Assembly (NCBI GenBank): GCA_018064455.1 | Contig: JAGHVH010000029.1 | Location: 4,683 to 68,682, forward strand | DNA length: 64,000 nucleotides | From: Candidatus Limimonas egerieequi | GTDB lineage: Bacteria; Bacillota; Clostridia; Oscillospirales; Acutalibacteraceae | Direction: 5' to 3' | Shown here: positions 10,900 to 21,355 of the stretch, piece after piece | Position numbering within the stretch: the first letter of the stretch is position 1 | Layout: each line of letters begins with the position of its first letter | Made by a program: the position numbers and the translations under genes | The notes under the pieces: generated by a model | Told to the model about the DNA's origin: nothing | Database searches by the model: none | Seen by the model: the letters and a program-made list of their open reading frames with translations, nothing else

Positions 10900-11562
10900 T
10901 TAAACGATCTGTGCTACTAGTGCTTCTATATCTGCTGCAATATCATCAATTGCTCTTGGCTCGTCGCCTTCATAGCACTTAACAATACTCCAGCCTAATT
11001 TTTCTGCTGCATACATGCCGGCCTCACGGCAAGCAAGTAAATATGAAACATCGGCCTCGTGAACATCCTTCTTGCCCTCATCACCGTGGTACCTAGAAGT
11101 CATAAGTTTTTGAGAAATCTCAACAGGCATATCGAGAAAGACAACAAGTGATGGCTTTGGAACGCCAATCTTGCCATACTCAAAATCCTCAAGCCACAAA
11201 AGGTATTCATCCCAATCAGACTTATCAAGCTTGGTCATCTGGTGAGCAGCATTTGATGTTGCATATCTGTCAGCGAGGATTACCTTACCTGACTCGTAGT
11301 CATCCTTCCACTTGGTAACGAAGTTTGCATATCTATCAACTGCATAAAAGCTTGATGCAGCATACGCATTAACATCTGTTGGTTTACTACCAAACTCACC
11401 ACCAAGATACATGCGTACTAGTGCAGATGACTCAGAACCATAGTCAGGAAGTTTTATCTGATGGACATCGATACCTTTGCCCTCAAGATACTTAAGTACT
11501 AGTTCTGTCTGTGTTGATTTGCCAGAACCATCAAGTCCTTCAATAACAATCAAATTACCCAT
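10900..11562 (-). CDS. tmk: thymidylate kinase
   Basis: P-loop IVIEGLDGSGKSTQ, DRY motif (LADRYATSN) and a lid-like region. Confidence 0.85.
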   Translation of the reverse strand: MGNLIVIEGLDGSGKSTQTELVLKYLEGKGIDVHQIKLPDYGSESSALVRMYLGGEFGSKPTDVNAYAASSFYAVDRYANFVTKWKDDYESGKVILADRYATSNAAHQMTKLDKSDWDEYLLWLEDFEYGKIGVPKPSLVVFLDMPVEISQKLMTSRYHGDEGKKDVHEADVSYLLACREAGMYAAEKLGWSIVKCYEGDEPRAIDDIAADIEALVAQIV

Positions 11563-11659
11563 TGTTTCCCTCGCCTTATATATTAGTAAACATAGTTACT
11601 CTATTATAATAAGATAATAATTCAATCTATTATAACAGAGGCGAAATTGATATACAAGT

Positions 11660-11706
11660 GGAAAAGAAAATAAAAGGACTGTAAAGCGATATCGATTTAC
11701 AGTCCC
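11660..11706 (-). terminator. rho-independent terminator after nnr
   Basis: Hairpin ggactgtaaa...tttacagtcc, followed on the minus strand by a T-rich run. Confidence 0.55.
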
Positions 11707-11719
11707 CTATTTGTATCAT

Positions 11720-13255
11720 TTATTTATCCATCGATATATAAGTTTTCCTTATACCTGCGTACAAATCCGATGCCACCATACCAGCAACGCTCGTGTCCTC
11801 TAACACGATTTCGGCCGCGTTTCCATGGATAAATGCACCTGCACACGCTGCATCAAAGGCCGAAAGCCCTTGCGCAATTAATGCACCAATAATACCAGAA
11901 AGCACATCCCCTGAACCACCTGTCGCAAGGGCAGCGTTGCCACTATTATTGATATACACTGTTTCATCATCATAAGTTGCAACCACTGTTGCAGCACCCT
12001 TGAGCAAAACAGTTACATTGTGACGCTTTGAAAACTCCTCAGCAATGCCTTCCCTGTTAGCCTCAATCTCAGCAACTGTAAGGCCTGTAAGCCTTGACAT
12101 TTCACCTGGATGAGGAGTTAAAACAACTGGTACTGATACCTCATCTAAAATAGATAAATCAGAAGCAAGCACATTAATACCATCAGCATCAACAACCACT
12201 GGACACTTGGCACTTCTAAGCACTGAGAAGACAACTTCTTTGACATCCTCAGTTGCTGAGAGTCCTGGTCCAATCACAATTACTGAAGCCTTTGCCATAT
12301 ATGTCTGAAGGAGTGATATGCACTCCACTGTCGCTGCCAATTTACCATCAATACATGGGAGTGGCAAGAGCATTACCTCTTTGAATCCACTGGCAAGGGA
12401 TGCATATGCAGACTCTGGGAAAGCGACTGTTGTAAGGCCTGCTCCAGCAACACATGCAGCACCACTACAAAGGCATGCTGCACCAGGCATATTCCTGCTT
12501 CCAGCGATGCAAAGCACATGACCAAAATCATTTTTGTGAGCTGTCACAGCACGCTCTGGAAGCATATCAGATACTTCTGTTAGTGAGAGGCTCTTGAGCC
12601 TTGGTGAAACGGATGATAACGCCTCTAAACTAATGCCAATATTGAGTACTGTGACTTGGCCACAGAGTTCTCTTGCTGGGAAGAAAACATGGGCTGGTTT
12701 GAGTGTTGTAATCGCAAGTGTTACATCGGCACAAACAGCATATTTACAAGCCTCTCCAGTATCTGTATTAACTCCACTTGGCACATCAACAGCAACTACA
12801 AAAGCAGTTGATGTATTAATCAATTTAAAGACCTCTGAGCACACTTCATCAGGCTCACCATGGAATCCTATTCCAAAGATACAATCAACCAAAATATCGG
12901 CTGATGCGATGGCATCCGCTGCGCCCTCTGGATCCCAATCGTACCTTATGATATCCACTATCATAGAATCCACTTTGTGATACATCTCGAGGGCGTCAGT
13001 TGCAAGTGGCGCTCCCTGGGCCAGCACGATTGTCACGTGCGCCCCAGCCTCAACAAGCTTCCTTGCAATGACGAATCCATCTCCGCCGTTTTTGCCCTTA
13101 CCGCAGACAACACATACCGTGTTGTCGCGCTTTATATACTTTCCAATCCTTTTAGCACACGCAGCGCCTGCGTTTTCCATCAATCTAATAAAAGGAATGC
13201 CTATTTCATTTTCTCGCTCCTCTACGAAGCGTATTTCATCAGTAGTATAAATTTT
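11720..13255 (-). CDS. nnr: bifunctional NAD(P)H-hydrate repair enzyme (epimerase + ADP-dependent dehydratase)
   Basis: N-terminal YjeF_N domain (LMENAGAA..., CGKGKNGGDG) and C-terminal carbohydrate-kinase-like domain (HKNDFGHVL, TPHPGE, LKGAATVV, GNAALATGGSGDVLSG). The ORF track starts at 13294. I prefer the TTG at 13255 (MKIYTTDEIR), which is preceded by ggtggtga. Confidence 0.85.
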   Translation of the reverse strand, partial: KIYTTDEIRFVEERENEIGIPFIRLMENAGAACAKRIGKYIKRDNTVCVVCGKGKNGGDGFVIARKLVEAGAHVTIVLAQGAPLATDALEMYHKVDSMIVDIIRYDWDPEGAADAIASADILVDCIFGIGFHGEPDEVCSEVFKLINTSTAFVVAVDVPSGVNTDTGEACKYAVCADVTLAITTLKPAHVFFPARELCGQVTVLNIGISLEALSSVSPRLKSLSLTEVSDMLPERAVTAHKNDFGHVLCIAGSRNMPGAACLCSGAACVAGAGLTTVAFPESAYASLASGFKEVMLLPLPCIDGKLAATVECISLLQTYMAKASVIVIGPGLSATEDVKEVVFSVLRSAKCPVVVDADGINVLASDLSILDEVSVPVVLTPHPGEMSRLTGLTVAEIEANREGIAEEFSKRHNVTVLLKGAATVVATYDDETVYINNSGNAALATGGSGDVLSGIIGALIAQGLSAFDAACAGAFIHGNAAEIVLEDTSVAGMVASDLYAGIRKTYISMDK

Positions 13256-13367
13256 CAAAGTTATCACCACCACTTTAATTTTACCATACTGCATTAATAA
13301 ATAAAATACATATTGAAAAAGGTTTTAGTTGGTGTTAAAATGCTTTAGTAACAATTATATAGAAACG

Positions 13368-13583
13368 CGTTGACGGAAAGAGTAAGTTTGCACACGCCTT
13401 TTACAGAGAGCGCCAGTCACCGGTTGAGAGCTGGCACAAAGGACACTAACCGAAGTTCACTCCTGAGCAGTTTCCGTACACCTCACGTCACGAGGTCTTG
13501 AGTGCCTAGAGTTTACTTTAGGAATTTGGGTGGTACCGCGGAGTTTATGCTTCGTCCCTACATTGTGGGGACGAAGCTTTTTT
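13368..13583 (+). promoter_or_regulatory. T-box leader (Phe specifier) controlling pheST
   Basis: Conserved T-box sequence aatttgggtggtaccgcg (13524-13541). Stem I elements agagag...ggttgagag are present. The candidate specifier is UUC followed by A (gaagTTCac, ~13455). The terminator hairpin gcttcgtccc...gggacgaagc with a T-run lies at 13549-13583. Sits directly upstream of pheS. Confidence 0.85.
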
Positions 13584-13608
13584 CGTCCCAAATTAAAGGA
13601 GGAAAAAT

Positions 13609-14628
13609 ATGAGACAGCAACTTGAAGAAATCAGAAAGAATGCTGAAGCTGCTCTTGGTGAAGTTAGCTCTCTTGAGGAACTTGACGCTATCCGTGTTAA
13701 GTATCTCGGTAAAAAGGGTGAACTCACAGCAGTTTTAAAGCAGATGGGTGGACTTTCCCCAGAAGAGCGTCCAGTAGTTGGACAGATTGCAAACGAAGTT
13801 CGTGAATACATCCAAAGTGAGGTTGACAACAAGGCTGCACAGCTTAAATCAGCTGCTATGGATGCACAGCTCCTCAATGAGACAATAGACGTTACTCTTC
13901 CTGGTGAAGAGTGTGAAGTAGGTCATAGACACCCACTTTCAATCGTTCTTGATGAAGTTAAGGAAATCTTCCAGGGCATGGGATTTGATATCATCTCTGG
14001 TCCGGAAGTTGAGCTTGATTACTACAACTTTGAAGCACTCAACATTCCAAAGGATCACCCTGCTCGTGATACACAGGATACTTTCTATATCACAGATAAT
14101 ATCCTTCTTAGAACACAGACATCTCCTTGCCAGATTCGTGCAATGGAGGAAAGAAAACCACCTCTTCGTGTAATTTCTCCAGGTCGTGTTTATCGTTCAG
14201 ATGCAGTTGACGCAACTCACTCCCCTCTCTTCCATCAGATTGAGGGTCTCGTAGTTGATGAAGGCATCACAATGTCTGACCTTAAGGGCACGCTTGATAC
14301 ACTTGCAAAGAAGCTCTATGGTCCTGAGACCAAGACACGTTTCAGACCTCACCACTTCCCATTCACAGAGCCTTCATGCGAAGTAGACGTATCTTGCTTC
14401 AAGTGCGGCGGCGTTGGCTGCTCTATGTGTAAGGGCGAAGGTTGGGTTGAAATCCTTGGTGCCGGTATGGTTCATCCAAAGGTACTTAAAAACGGTGGTA
14501 TTGACCCAGAGAAGTATTCAGGCTTTGCTTTCGGTCTTGGCCTTGAAAGACTTGTAATGTTTAGATTTGGTCTCGATGATATGCGTATGCTCTACGAAAA
14601 TGACGTACGTTTCCTCGAGCAGTTTTAA
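13609..14628 (+). CDS. pheS: phenylalanine--tRNA ligase alpha subunit
   Basis: Class II aaRS motifs are present ([51 protein letters not shown]). Confidence 0.97.
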   Translation: MRQQLEEIRKNAEAALGEVSSLEELDAIRVKYLGKKGELTAVLKQMGGLSPEERPVVGQIANEVREYIQSEVDNKAAQLKSAAMDAQLLNETIDVTLPGEECEVGHRHPLSIVLDEVKEIFQGMGFDIISGPEVELDYYNFEALNIPKDHPARDTQDTFYITDNILLRTQTSPCQIRAMEERKPPLRVISPGRVYRSDAVDATHSPLFHQIEGLVVDEGITMSDLKGTLDTLAKKLYGPETKTRFRPHHFPFTEPSCEVDVSCFKCGGVGCSMCKGEGWVEILGAGMVHPKVLKNGGIDPEKYSGFAFGLGLERLVMFRFGLDDMRMLYENDVRFLEQF

Positions 14629-14640
14629 GGAGGTGCTTTC

Positions 14641-17022
14641 ATGAATTTATCTAAGAGATGGCTTGCAGAATTCGTGCAGGTAGAAGACACAGACAGAAAC
14701 TTTGCGGAAGCACTTACCCTCTCAGGTTCAAAGGTTGAGTCCTATGAACATGAAGGCGCAGTACTTGAAAACATCGTAGTAGGTCACGTTGAGGAGATTG
14801 AACGTCACCCTGATTCAGACCACCTTTGGGTTTGCAAAATCGACGATGGTTCAGGCGAAATTATTCAGATTATCACTGGTGCACAGAACGTTTCAAAAGG
14901 CGACTATGTTCCAGTAGCAAGACATAAATCAGTTATCGCATCAGGCGACAAAATCACAGCTGGCAAGCTCCGTGGACTTGAGTCACGTGGTATGCTCTGC
15001 TCACTTAGCGAACTAGGCCTCACCGTTCATGATTTCCCATATGCTATTGAGGATGGCATCTTCATCCTTGGCGATGACTGCGACAAGACAGTAGGTACGG
15101 ATATCCGCACAGCAATCGGATATGACGACACAATCGTTGAGTTTGAGATTACATCAAACAGACCTGACTGCCTTTCAATCATTGGTCTCGCACGCGAGAC
15201 AGCTGCAACATACAATGCTCCGCTTAACCTCCACACACCAGAGGTTAAACCTGGTGATGAGGACGTTAACTCATACCTCAAGGTTGACATCGAGGCACCA
15301 GACAAGTGCTATCGCTACTGTGGTGCCGTTGTTAAAAACGTACGCGTAGCACCATCTCCACGCTGGATGCGTGAGAGACTCCGTGCATGTGGCGTACGCC
15401 CTATCAACAACATCGTTGATATTACAAACTATGTAATGCTTGAATATGGTCAGCCAATGCATGCCTTCGATTTACGTTTCCTTGAAGGAAACCACGTAAT
15501 CGTAAGGAATGCGAAGGCTGGAGAATCAATAACTACTCTCGACGGCGAGGAGCGCGAACTCGGTACTGAGATGCTTGTCATCGCCGACGAGAAGAAACCT
15601 GTAGCCGTAGCCGGCGTTATGGGCGGCGAATACTCAGGAATCATGGATGACACAAACACAATCGTGTTTGAGTCAGCATGCTTCAACGGAGTAGCTGTTC
15701 GCCGCGCTGCCAAGGGCCTTGGTATGCGTACAGAGTCCTCTGCACGCTTTGAAAAGCAGCTCAACCCAGACGACTGCGACACTTGTCTTCGCCGTGCTCT
15801 TGAGCTCGTACAGCTCCTTGACGCAGGTAACGTAGTAAACGGTATGGTTGACAACTATGCAACTCCAAAGGAGCCAGTTGTACTTCCATTCGAGCCTGAA
15901 TGGACTAACAAGTTCATCGGTATCGATGTACCAGCAGATGAGCAGGCAGAAATCCTTCGCAAGATTGGATTTACTGTAGAGGATGGCAAGATTACTGCCC
16001 CTGCTTTCCGTATCGACATAGAGCACCAGGCTGATATTTCAGAAGAAATCGCTCGTTTCTATGGTTACAACAATATACCAACAAGAGAACTCTCAGGTGT
16101 AGCAAAAGCAACTCTCACACCTCGTCAGAGATTCAATAATCTCCTTGAGAAGACAGCTATGAGTTGTGGTCTTTCAGAGACACAGACATTCTCATTCATC
16201 AGCCCTAAGGCTTATGACAAGATCCGTCTTCCAAAGGACAGCGAGCGTCGCAACTGCGTTACAATCATGAACCCTCTTGGTGAGGACACCAGCGTTATGA
16301 GAACAACAGCAGTTCCTTCAATGCTCGAAGTACTTGGCAGAAACTACTCAAGAAAGAATGAGCGTGCTGCCCTTTACGAACTCGCAACTGTATATAAGTC
16401 AAACGGCATAGACAAGCTTCCTGATGAGAATCAGAACCTCATCCTTGGCATGTATGGCAAGGACTACAACTACTACTCACTCAAGGGTATCGTTGAAAAG
16501 ATTCTCTCCGCTTGCGGTATTGCAGAATATGACGTAGAGCCAAAGAAGGATGCTCCTGCATTCCACCCTGGCAGAACAGCAATGTTCACAGTTGATGGCA
16601 AAATGATTGCTGTATGTGGCGAAGTTCACCCAGCAGTTCTTGAGAACTACGGCATCGGCACACGTGCTTACATCGCAATGATCGACGTTGAGTATCTCTT
16701 TGAGAAGGCTGACCTTGTTCGCATCTACAAGGCACTTCCAAAGTTCCCTGCAACAACACGTGACCTTGCATTCGTTGTTGATGCTGACATGCCTGTACTC
16801 AAGATTGAAAAAGCAATCTCAGCCGCTACAGGCAAGATCCTTGAGAATATCGAACTCTTCGACGTATATCAGGGTGCTCAGGTTGGTGAGAACAAGAAGT
16901 CAGTTGCATTCAATCTTCGCTTCCGCTCACACGACCATACATTGACAGATGATGAGTGCAACTCAGCTGTTAAGAAAGCAATCAAGGCTGCCGAGGAACT
17001 CGGCGCTACATTGAGAGGTTAA
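14641..17022 (+). CDS. pheT: phenylalanine--tRNA ligase beta subunit
   Basis: Contains the tRNA-binding OB domain, B3/4, B5 and FDX-ACB-like C-terminal domains. Located immediately after pheS. Confidence 0.97.
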   Translation: MNLSKRWLAEFVQVEDTDRNFAEALTLSGSKVESYEHEGAVLENIVVGHVEEIERHPDSDHLWVCKIDDGSGEIIQIITGAQNVSKGDYVPVARHKSVIASGDKITAGKLRGLESRGMLCSLSELGLTVHDFPYAIEDGIFILGDDCDKTVGTDIRTAIGYDDTIVEFEITSNRPDCLSIIGLARETAATYNAPLNLHTPEVKPGDEDVNSYLKVDIEAPDKCYRYCGAVVKNVRVAPSPRWMRERLRACGVRPINNIVDITNYVMLEYGQPMHAFDLRFLEGNHVIVRNAKAGESITTLDGEERELGTEMLVIADEKKPVAVAGVMGGEYSGIMDDTNTIVFESACFNGVAVRRAAKGLGMRTESSARFEKQLNPDDCDTCLRRALELVQLLDAGNVVNGMVDNYATPKEPVVLPFEPEWTNKFIGIDVPADEQAEILRKIGFTVEDGKITAPAFRIDIEHQADISEEIARFYGYNNIPTRELSGVAKATLTPRQRFNNLLEKTAMSCGLSETQTFSFISPKAYDKIRLPKDSERRNCVTIMNPLGEDTSVMRTTAVPSMLEVLGRNYSRKNERAALYELATVYKSNGIDKLPDENQNLILGMYGKDYNYYSLKGIVEKILSACGIAEYDVEPKKDAPAFHPGRTAMFTVDGKMIAVCGEVHPAVLENYGIGTRAYIAMIDVEYLFEKADLVRIYKALPKFPATTRDLAFVVDADMPVLKIEKAISAATGKILENIELFDVYQGAQVGENKKSVAFNLRFRSHDHTLTDDECNSAVKKAIKAAEELGATLRG

Positions 17023-17094
17023 AATATTACGTTGTTTTATTGCTCTTAATGTTATATAATATTGACTATAATATTTAGTTGGAGGTGTACTTAA

Positions 17095-17340
17095 ATGACT
17101 GATAAAACCATCCAGTTCTCAATCAAAGAAGACACTGATGCTCAGATGAAAGAAATCCTTGGCGAGGTTTATGAGGCGCTTAAGGAAAAGGGTTACAACC
17201 CTATAAGCCAGATTGTCGGTTATATCTTGTCAGAGGACCCAACTTACATTACTACTCACAACAACGCGCGTAGTCTTATAAGAAAGATTGACAGAGACGA
17301 ACTTTTACAGACTCTCGTTCGTGAGTTCTTGAAAGGATGA
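17095..17340 (+). CDS. ireB: IreB-family regulatory phosphoprotein (UPF0297)
   Basis: 81 aa with the characteristic [47 protein letters not shown] core. Confidence 0.75.
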   Translation: MTDKTIQFSIKEDTDAQMKEILGEVYEALKEKGYNPISQIVGYILSEDPTYITTHNNARSLIRKIDRDELLQTLVREFLKG

Positions 17341-17639
17341 ATAAATTGGCTGCAAAAAAGGATGAATTCCTCACCTACAAAGGCAAGCCTTTAGTAAGAC
17401 AGGGCAACACACTTTACTACGGTAACATGTATGACCCATTTGTTGTTATGCTCACAATCAAGAGCACAACAAAGGATGGCGATATGGAGATGGCCGAAAA
17501 AGTATCTGTACAGCTTATCTCTACTGACCCTGAAATCTCACCAGCAAAGCGCATTATCAAGACATCTGAAAAGACAGGTCTTTACAATGCTATGGATATC
17601 GGTTCCATCTGGCTTGAGAGAGCACTTAAGGATGCATAA
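17337..17639 (+). CDS. hypothetical protein (100 aa), translationally coupled to ireB
   Basis: ATGA start/stop overlap with ireB at 17337-17340. Codon usage resembles its neighbours. I recognise no family. Confidence 0.5.
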   Translation: MNKLAAKKDEFLTYKGKPLVRQGNTLYYGNMYDPFVVMLTIKSTTKDGDMEMAEKVSVQLISTDPEISPAKRIIKTSEKTGLYNAMDIGSIWLERALKDA

Positions 17640-17643
17640 ATAA

Positions 17644-17686
17644 AAAAATAAAGCCTTCCCGATTTTCGGGAAGGCTTATTTTTTTG
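17644..17686. terminator. bidirectional rho-independent terminator
   Basis: Hairpin aagccttcccg-attt-tcgggaaggctt flanked by an A-run and a T-run, between convergent genes. Confidence 0.75.
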
Positions 17687-17689
17687 CTA

Positions 17690-18943
17690 TTAACCTGTCT
17701 GGCGAAGGGCCTCAATTGGTGGCATCTTCGCTGCTTTTCTTGCAGGATATATTCCAAAGAATATACCGATAAGTGAAGAGAAACCAACAGATATAAGTAT
17801 AGTTGATACTTTAAATGATACTGGTGCACCCATCAATACAGATACAGCAAATGAAAGGCCAAAGCCCAGTGCCATTCCGATAAGGCCACCGATTACACAT
17901 ATAATTATCGACTCTGTCAAGAATTGGAAAAGAATAACATTGGTACGAGCACCAAGTGCTTTTCTGATACCAATTTCCCTCGTACGTTCTGTAACAGATA
18001 CAAGCATGATATTCATAACACCAACGCCGCCAACGATAAGGCTTATTGCACCGACGCTAGAAATGAATATTGTAAATACGTTGATAACTGTATCAAGAAG
18101 GTCAACCAACGTCGCCATATTGGTTGCCTTATAAACTGAATCGTCCAAAACGCCATGACGTGCATTGAGCATGCTTACAGCCTCTGCTCCTGCCCTATCA
18201 AGGTCATTTACGTCCTCAGTGATAACTGACACACCTTGATATGTTGTCTGGCCATAAACCTCCATCTGAGTCGTTACAGGCATATAGACGTAACCAATCT
18301 TGGAGAAATCAAATTCCATTCCAAAACCGTCCATCATCTCCTGCATATCATCAACAGAGAAGAATGAACTCTCAACATCAGTTGAAATACCAATGATTTT
18401 AAGTGAGATGAGCTGATCATTCATCTTTAAATCAATTGTTTGTCCAACAGGATTCTGTGAATGGAAAAAGTTCTTGGCTGTATACTCACTGATGAGACAG
18501 ACCTTTGCATGAGCCTTGACTTCGTCCTTGTTAAACCAACGGCCATAGTCAACCTTGATACCCATTGCCTTTTGATAGTCCTCTGTGACAGCAGTTACGC
18601 TACAGATGCCCTCTGGTATGAACTTGGTTGAAAGTCCAGCCATCTCATCGCTTTCTGGGAGGACATATGAGACAAGGTCCACACTTCTAATGAGATCCAG
18701 ATCATCCTCCGTTAGTCCATCTATTGTATAGCGTTCAGAACTAGAATCAACAGATATATATACGCTCTGTCCGCCGGCTTCATTAATCTTCTGAATAAGG
18801 AAGTCCTTACCGGTAGTACCAATTGTCATAATGGCAATAACCGAACCTACGCCGATAATAATACCGAGCATAGTAAGGAAACTTCGCATCTTATTCGCGC
18901 GAATAGCCGAGAGCGCAATTTTTATGTTTTCCTTAACGTTCAT
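17690..18943 (-). CDS. ABC transporter permease, FtsX/MacB type
   Basis: N-terminal TM, a large extracytoplasmic MacB-type domain, then a C-terminal FtsX 3-TM bundle (ERTREIGIRKALGA...). Confidence 0.85.
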   Translation of the reverse strand: MNVKENIKIALSAIRANKMRSFLTMLGIIIGVGSVIAIMTIGTTGKDFLIQKINEAGGQSVYISVDSSSERYTIDGLTEDDLDLIRSVDLVSYVLPESDEMAGLSTKFIPEGICSVTAVTEDYQKAMGIKVDYGRWFNKDEVKAHAKVCLISEYTAKNFFHSQNPVGQTIDLKMNDQLISLKIIGISTDVESSFFSVDDMQEMMDGFGMEFDFSKIGYVYMPVTTQMEVYGQTTYQGVSVITEDVNDLDRAGAEAVSMLNARHGVLDDSVYKATNMATLVDLLDTVINVFTIFISSVGAISLIVGGVGVMNIMLVSVTERTREIGIRKALGARTNVILFQFLTESIIICVIGGLIGMALGFGLSFAVSVLMGAPVSFKVSTILISVGFSSLIGIFFGIYPARKAAKMPPIEALRQTG

Positions 18944-20378
18944 AAACCTTTTCGCCTTCGTTTATCTTGGATGAGTTAAGTATTACGCTATCGCCTTCTG
19001 TAAGGCCCTTGGTTACTTCGTAGTATTGTTCAGAAGAAATACCTACTTCAATCTCTTTGCGTGTTGCCTTTTTATCATCAATTACATATACGTATGTTTT
19101 ACCCTCATCGATGATGAGTGCCTCAACAGGGATTGTCAAAACATTCTTCTTCTCGCCAACAAGGATTGATACCTTGGCATCAAAACCAAGTACAAGCTTC
19201 TCATCAGGGTTTTTAATAGTAACCTCTGCATCAACGTTGCTTGATGTAGTAGTAGATGAGCCACCCATCATTGAGGTTACAATATCAGTGCTTGTGTTAG
19301 CAATGGCTGATATGTATGAAACCTCTGCTTCATACTCGTAATCAATATAATTTACAGTAGCTGGCATTCCAACCTTGACAGTTTCAAGGTCATACTTGCC
19401 AAGAGTGAATCCTATTTTGTATCCATCGTAGTATGACACTTCAATAGCAAGTCCCTTATCTGGGGATGATGAATTTGTACCAGTAAAGCTTGAAAGCAAA
19501 CTTCCTATATCAAATGAAGACAAATCCATACCAGAGAACATGCTAGAGAGATCCATATTAGCACTTGCGTCCTCTACGAGTTTATAAGGCTCGCCCTCTT
19601 TGATATATACATTTGCAACTTTACCATCTGCCTGTGCAACAATGCCTTGCTCGTAAAGTTTCTTTTCCTCGAGCACTGCATTGTACTCCTTGCGTCTTGC
19701 ATCAAGAGTCTGCTTATATACTTCTAAAATTGAATCAAGTGAACCTGTTGATGAAAGCGATTTGCGAGCTTCAAGTATTGCTATTTGAATATCAATTGCT
19801 TGAGATGTGTTTGCAAGATCCTCAATACTTGTCGATGAAGCCTGGTTGATAAATGCAGTGATTTCCGCCTCTGTCATATTTGAGAAATCCGGAATATTTA
19901 CACTAGTTGATGATGACTCACCACTGGCCTCAAGTTTTGCCTTTTGATCCTTGAGATTTGCAATTTGAGATTCAATATCTTTAATCTGATTCGCAGTGTC
20001 AGCCTTGCCCTGAGCCGCGCTGTTATAGGCATCTTGGGCTTCTTTAACAGCTTTTTGCTTCTCAGAAAGCTTGTCATTTAGCACTGAAGTGTCAAAAGTG
20101 GCAAGTACATCACCTTTACAGACAGCGTCACCAGGTGCAACTTTTACCTCTTTTGCCACCATACCAACGTAGGCATAGTATTTATCGGATGATGCTGATG
20201 TCATAACACCTGCTGTATCATAGTGCTGCTCAACATCATTCTTCTCAACCTTTGCGACCTCGACAGGTGTGCCCCTATCGGTGAGTTTGATCACCATAAA
20301 GACTATACAAGCAACTATTACTAGTGCTCCAAATATAAGTCCTATCCTAGCCTTTTTGTTTTGCCATACTTCCTTCAT
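18933..20378 (-). CDS. HlyD/MacA-type periplasmic adaptor (membrane fusion) protein
   Basis: N-terminal TM anchor, biotinyl/lipoyl-like half motifs (VKVAPGDAVCKGDVLATFD), a long coiled-coil section and a beta-barrel C-terminus. Overlaps the permease gene. Confidence 0.8.
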   Translation of the reverse strand: MKEVWQNKKARIGLIFGALVIVACIVFMVIKLTDRGTPVEVAKVEKNDVEQHYDTAGVMTSASSDKYYAYVGMVAKEVKVAPGDAVCKGDVLATFDTSVLNDKLSEKQKAVKEAQDAYNSAAQGKADTANQIKDIESQIANLKDQKAKLEASGESSSTSVNIPDFSNMTEAEITAFINQASSTSIEDLANTSQAIDIQIAILEARKSLSSTGSLDSILEVYKQTLDARRKEYNAVLEEKKLYEQGIVAQADGKVANVYIKEGEPYKLVEDASANMDLSSMFSGMDLSSFDIGSLLSSFTGTNSSSPDKGLAIEVSYYDGYKIGFTLGKYDLETVKVGMPATVNYIDYEYEAEVSYISAIANTSTDIVTSMMGGSSTTTSSNVDAEVTIKNPDEKLVLGFDAKVSILVGEKKNVLTIPVEALIIDEGKTYVYVIDDKKATRKEIEVGISSEQYYEVTKGLTEGDSVILNSSKINEGEKVYER

Positions 20379-20383
20379 TTAAT

Positions 20384-21001
20384 TCACGCCTTATCAAAAA
20401 GTTGATTAATTATATCAATAGTACCTTTACCTAAACTTAAATCGGTAAAGTTTTTACTAAAACTTTCAAATTCATTTTCTGGGATTTGGAAAGTCAGTTT
20501 AACATTATCCTCAAATGAGGTGTCAACCACCTTGCCACCAAACTGTGCAATTAGCGCTGGCATCCTGCCATAGAGGTTGTAATCAAGAACTGTTTCGCAC
20601 AAATTGAAACTCTTCATCTCTATGACATTGGCGGCTTGAAGCGCCAATGTTGCAGCATGTGAATATGCTCGAACGAGCCCGCCACCGCCTAATAAAATGC
20701 CTCCGAAATATCGCGTCACAACAACTACGCAATCTGTGACATTCTGCTTTAAAAGCACGTCAAGTGTTGGTACGCCAGCGGTTCCCTGCGGCTCACCATC
20801 ATCAGAGTAGCGTTGAATGTTGTTGTCGCGAAGCACGTAGGCATAGACATTATGCTTTGCATCCCAATGTTTGGATTTAATTTCTTCTATGAAACTGACT
20901 GCCTCTTCTACTGTTTTAACTGGCTTTGCGTATCCAATAAATCGCGAACGCTTTTCTAAAAATTCATCGCTCGCACTATTTTCTATCGTAAAGTACGACA
21001 A
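20384..21001 (-). CDS. yigZ: YigZ/IMPACT-family protein
   Basis: KRSRFIGYA..., HNVYAY, DDGEP.GTAG.P, V.VTRYFGGILLGGGGLVRAY. Confidence 0.8.
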   Translation of the reverse strand: MSYFTIENSASDEFLEKRSRFIGYAKPVKTVEEAVSFIEEIKSKHWDAKHNVYAYVLRDNNIQRYSDDGEPQGTAGVPTLDVLLKQNVTDCVVVVTRYFGGILLGGGGLVRAYSHAATLALQAANVIEMKSFNLCETVLDYNLYGRMPALIAQFGGKVVDTSFEDNVKLTFQIPENEFESFSKNFTDLSLGKGTIDIINQLFDKA

Positions 21002-21012
21002 GACAGTCCCTC

Positions 21013-21056
21013 CTTAAAAAAACAATAAGCCGGCACTTATAAAATGTGCCGGCTTT
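21013..21056 (-). terminator. rho-independent terminator after rpmE
   Basis: Hairpin aagccggcac...gtgccggctt with a T-run on the minus strand. Confidence 0.7.
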
Positions 21057-21063
21057 AACTGTT

Positions 21064-21285
21064 TTATTTCATCTGCTGTGCCTTTTCAAAACGCTTGTTG
21101 AATCTGTCAACACGTCCGCCTGTATCAACAAGCTTCTGCTTACCTGTATAGAATGGGTGACAGTTTGAGCAAATATCTACACGGAGATCTTCCTTTGTAG
21201 AAGCAGTCTCGATTGTAGCACCGCATGCACACTTAACTGTTGTTGGTGCATAATTTGGGTGGATTCCCTCTTTCATCTTTTTCAC
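21064..21285 (-). CDS. rpmE: 50S ribosomal protein L31 (Cys-containing, Zn-type)
   Basis: GIHPNY..., CxC (KCACG) plus [13 protein letters not shown]. Confidence 0.95.
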   Translation of the reverse strand: MKKMKEGIHPNYAPTTVKCACGATIETASTKEDLRVDICSNCHPFYTGKQKLVDTGGRVDRFNKRFEKAQQMK

Positions 21286-21355
21286 CTCGAGTTCAAAATC
21301 TTTCTAAAACACTAGTGCATTTTAACACAGTGCCAAGCAAAAATCAATAATAAAA

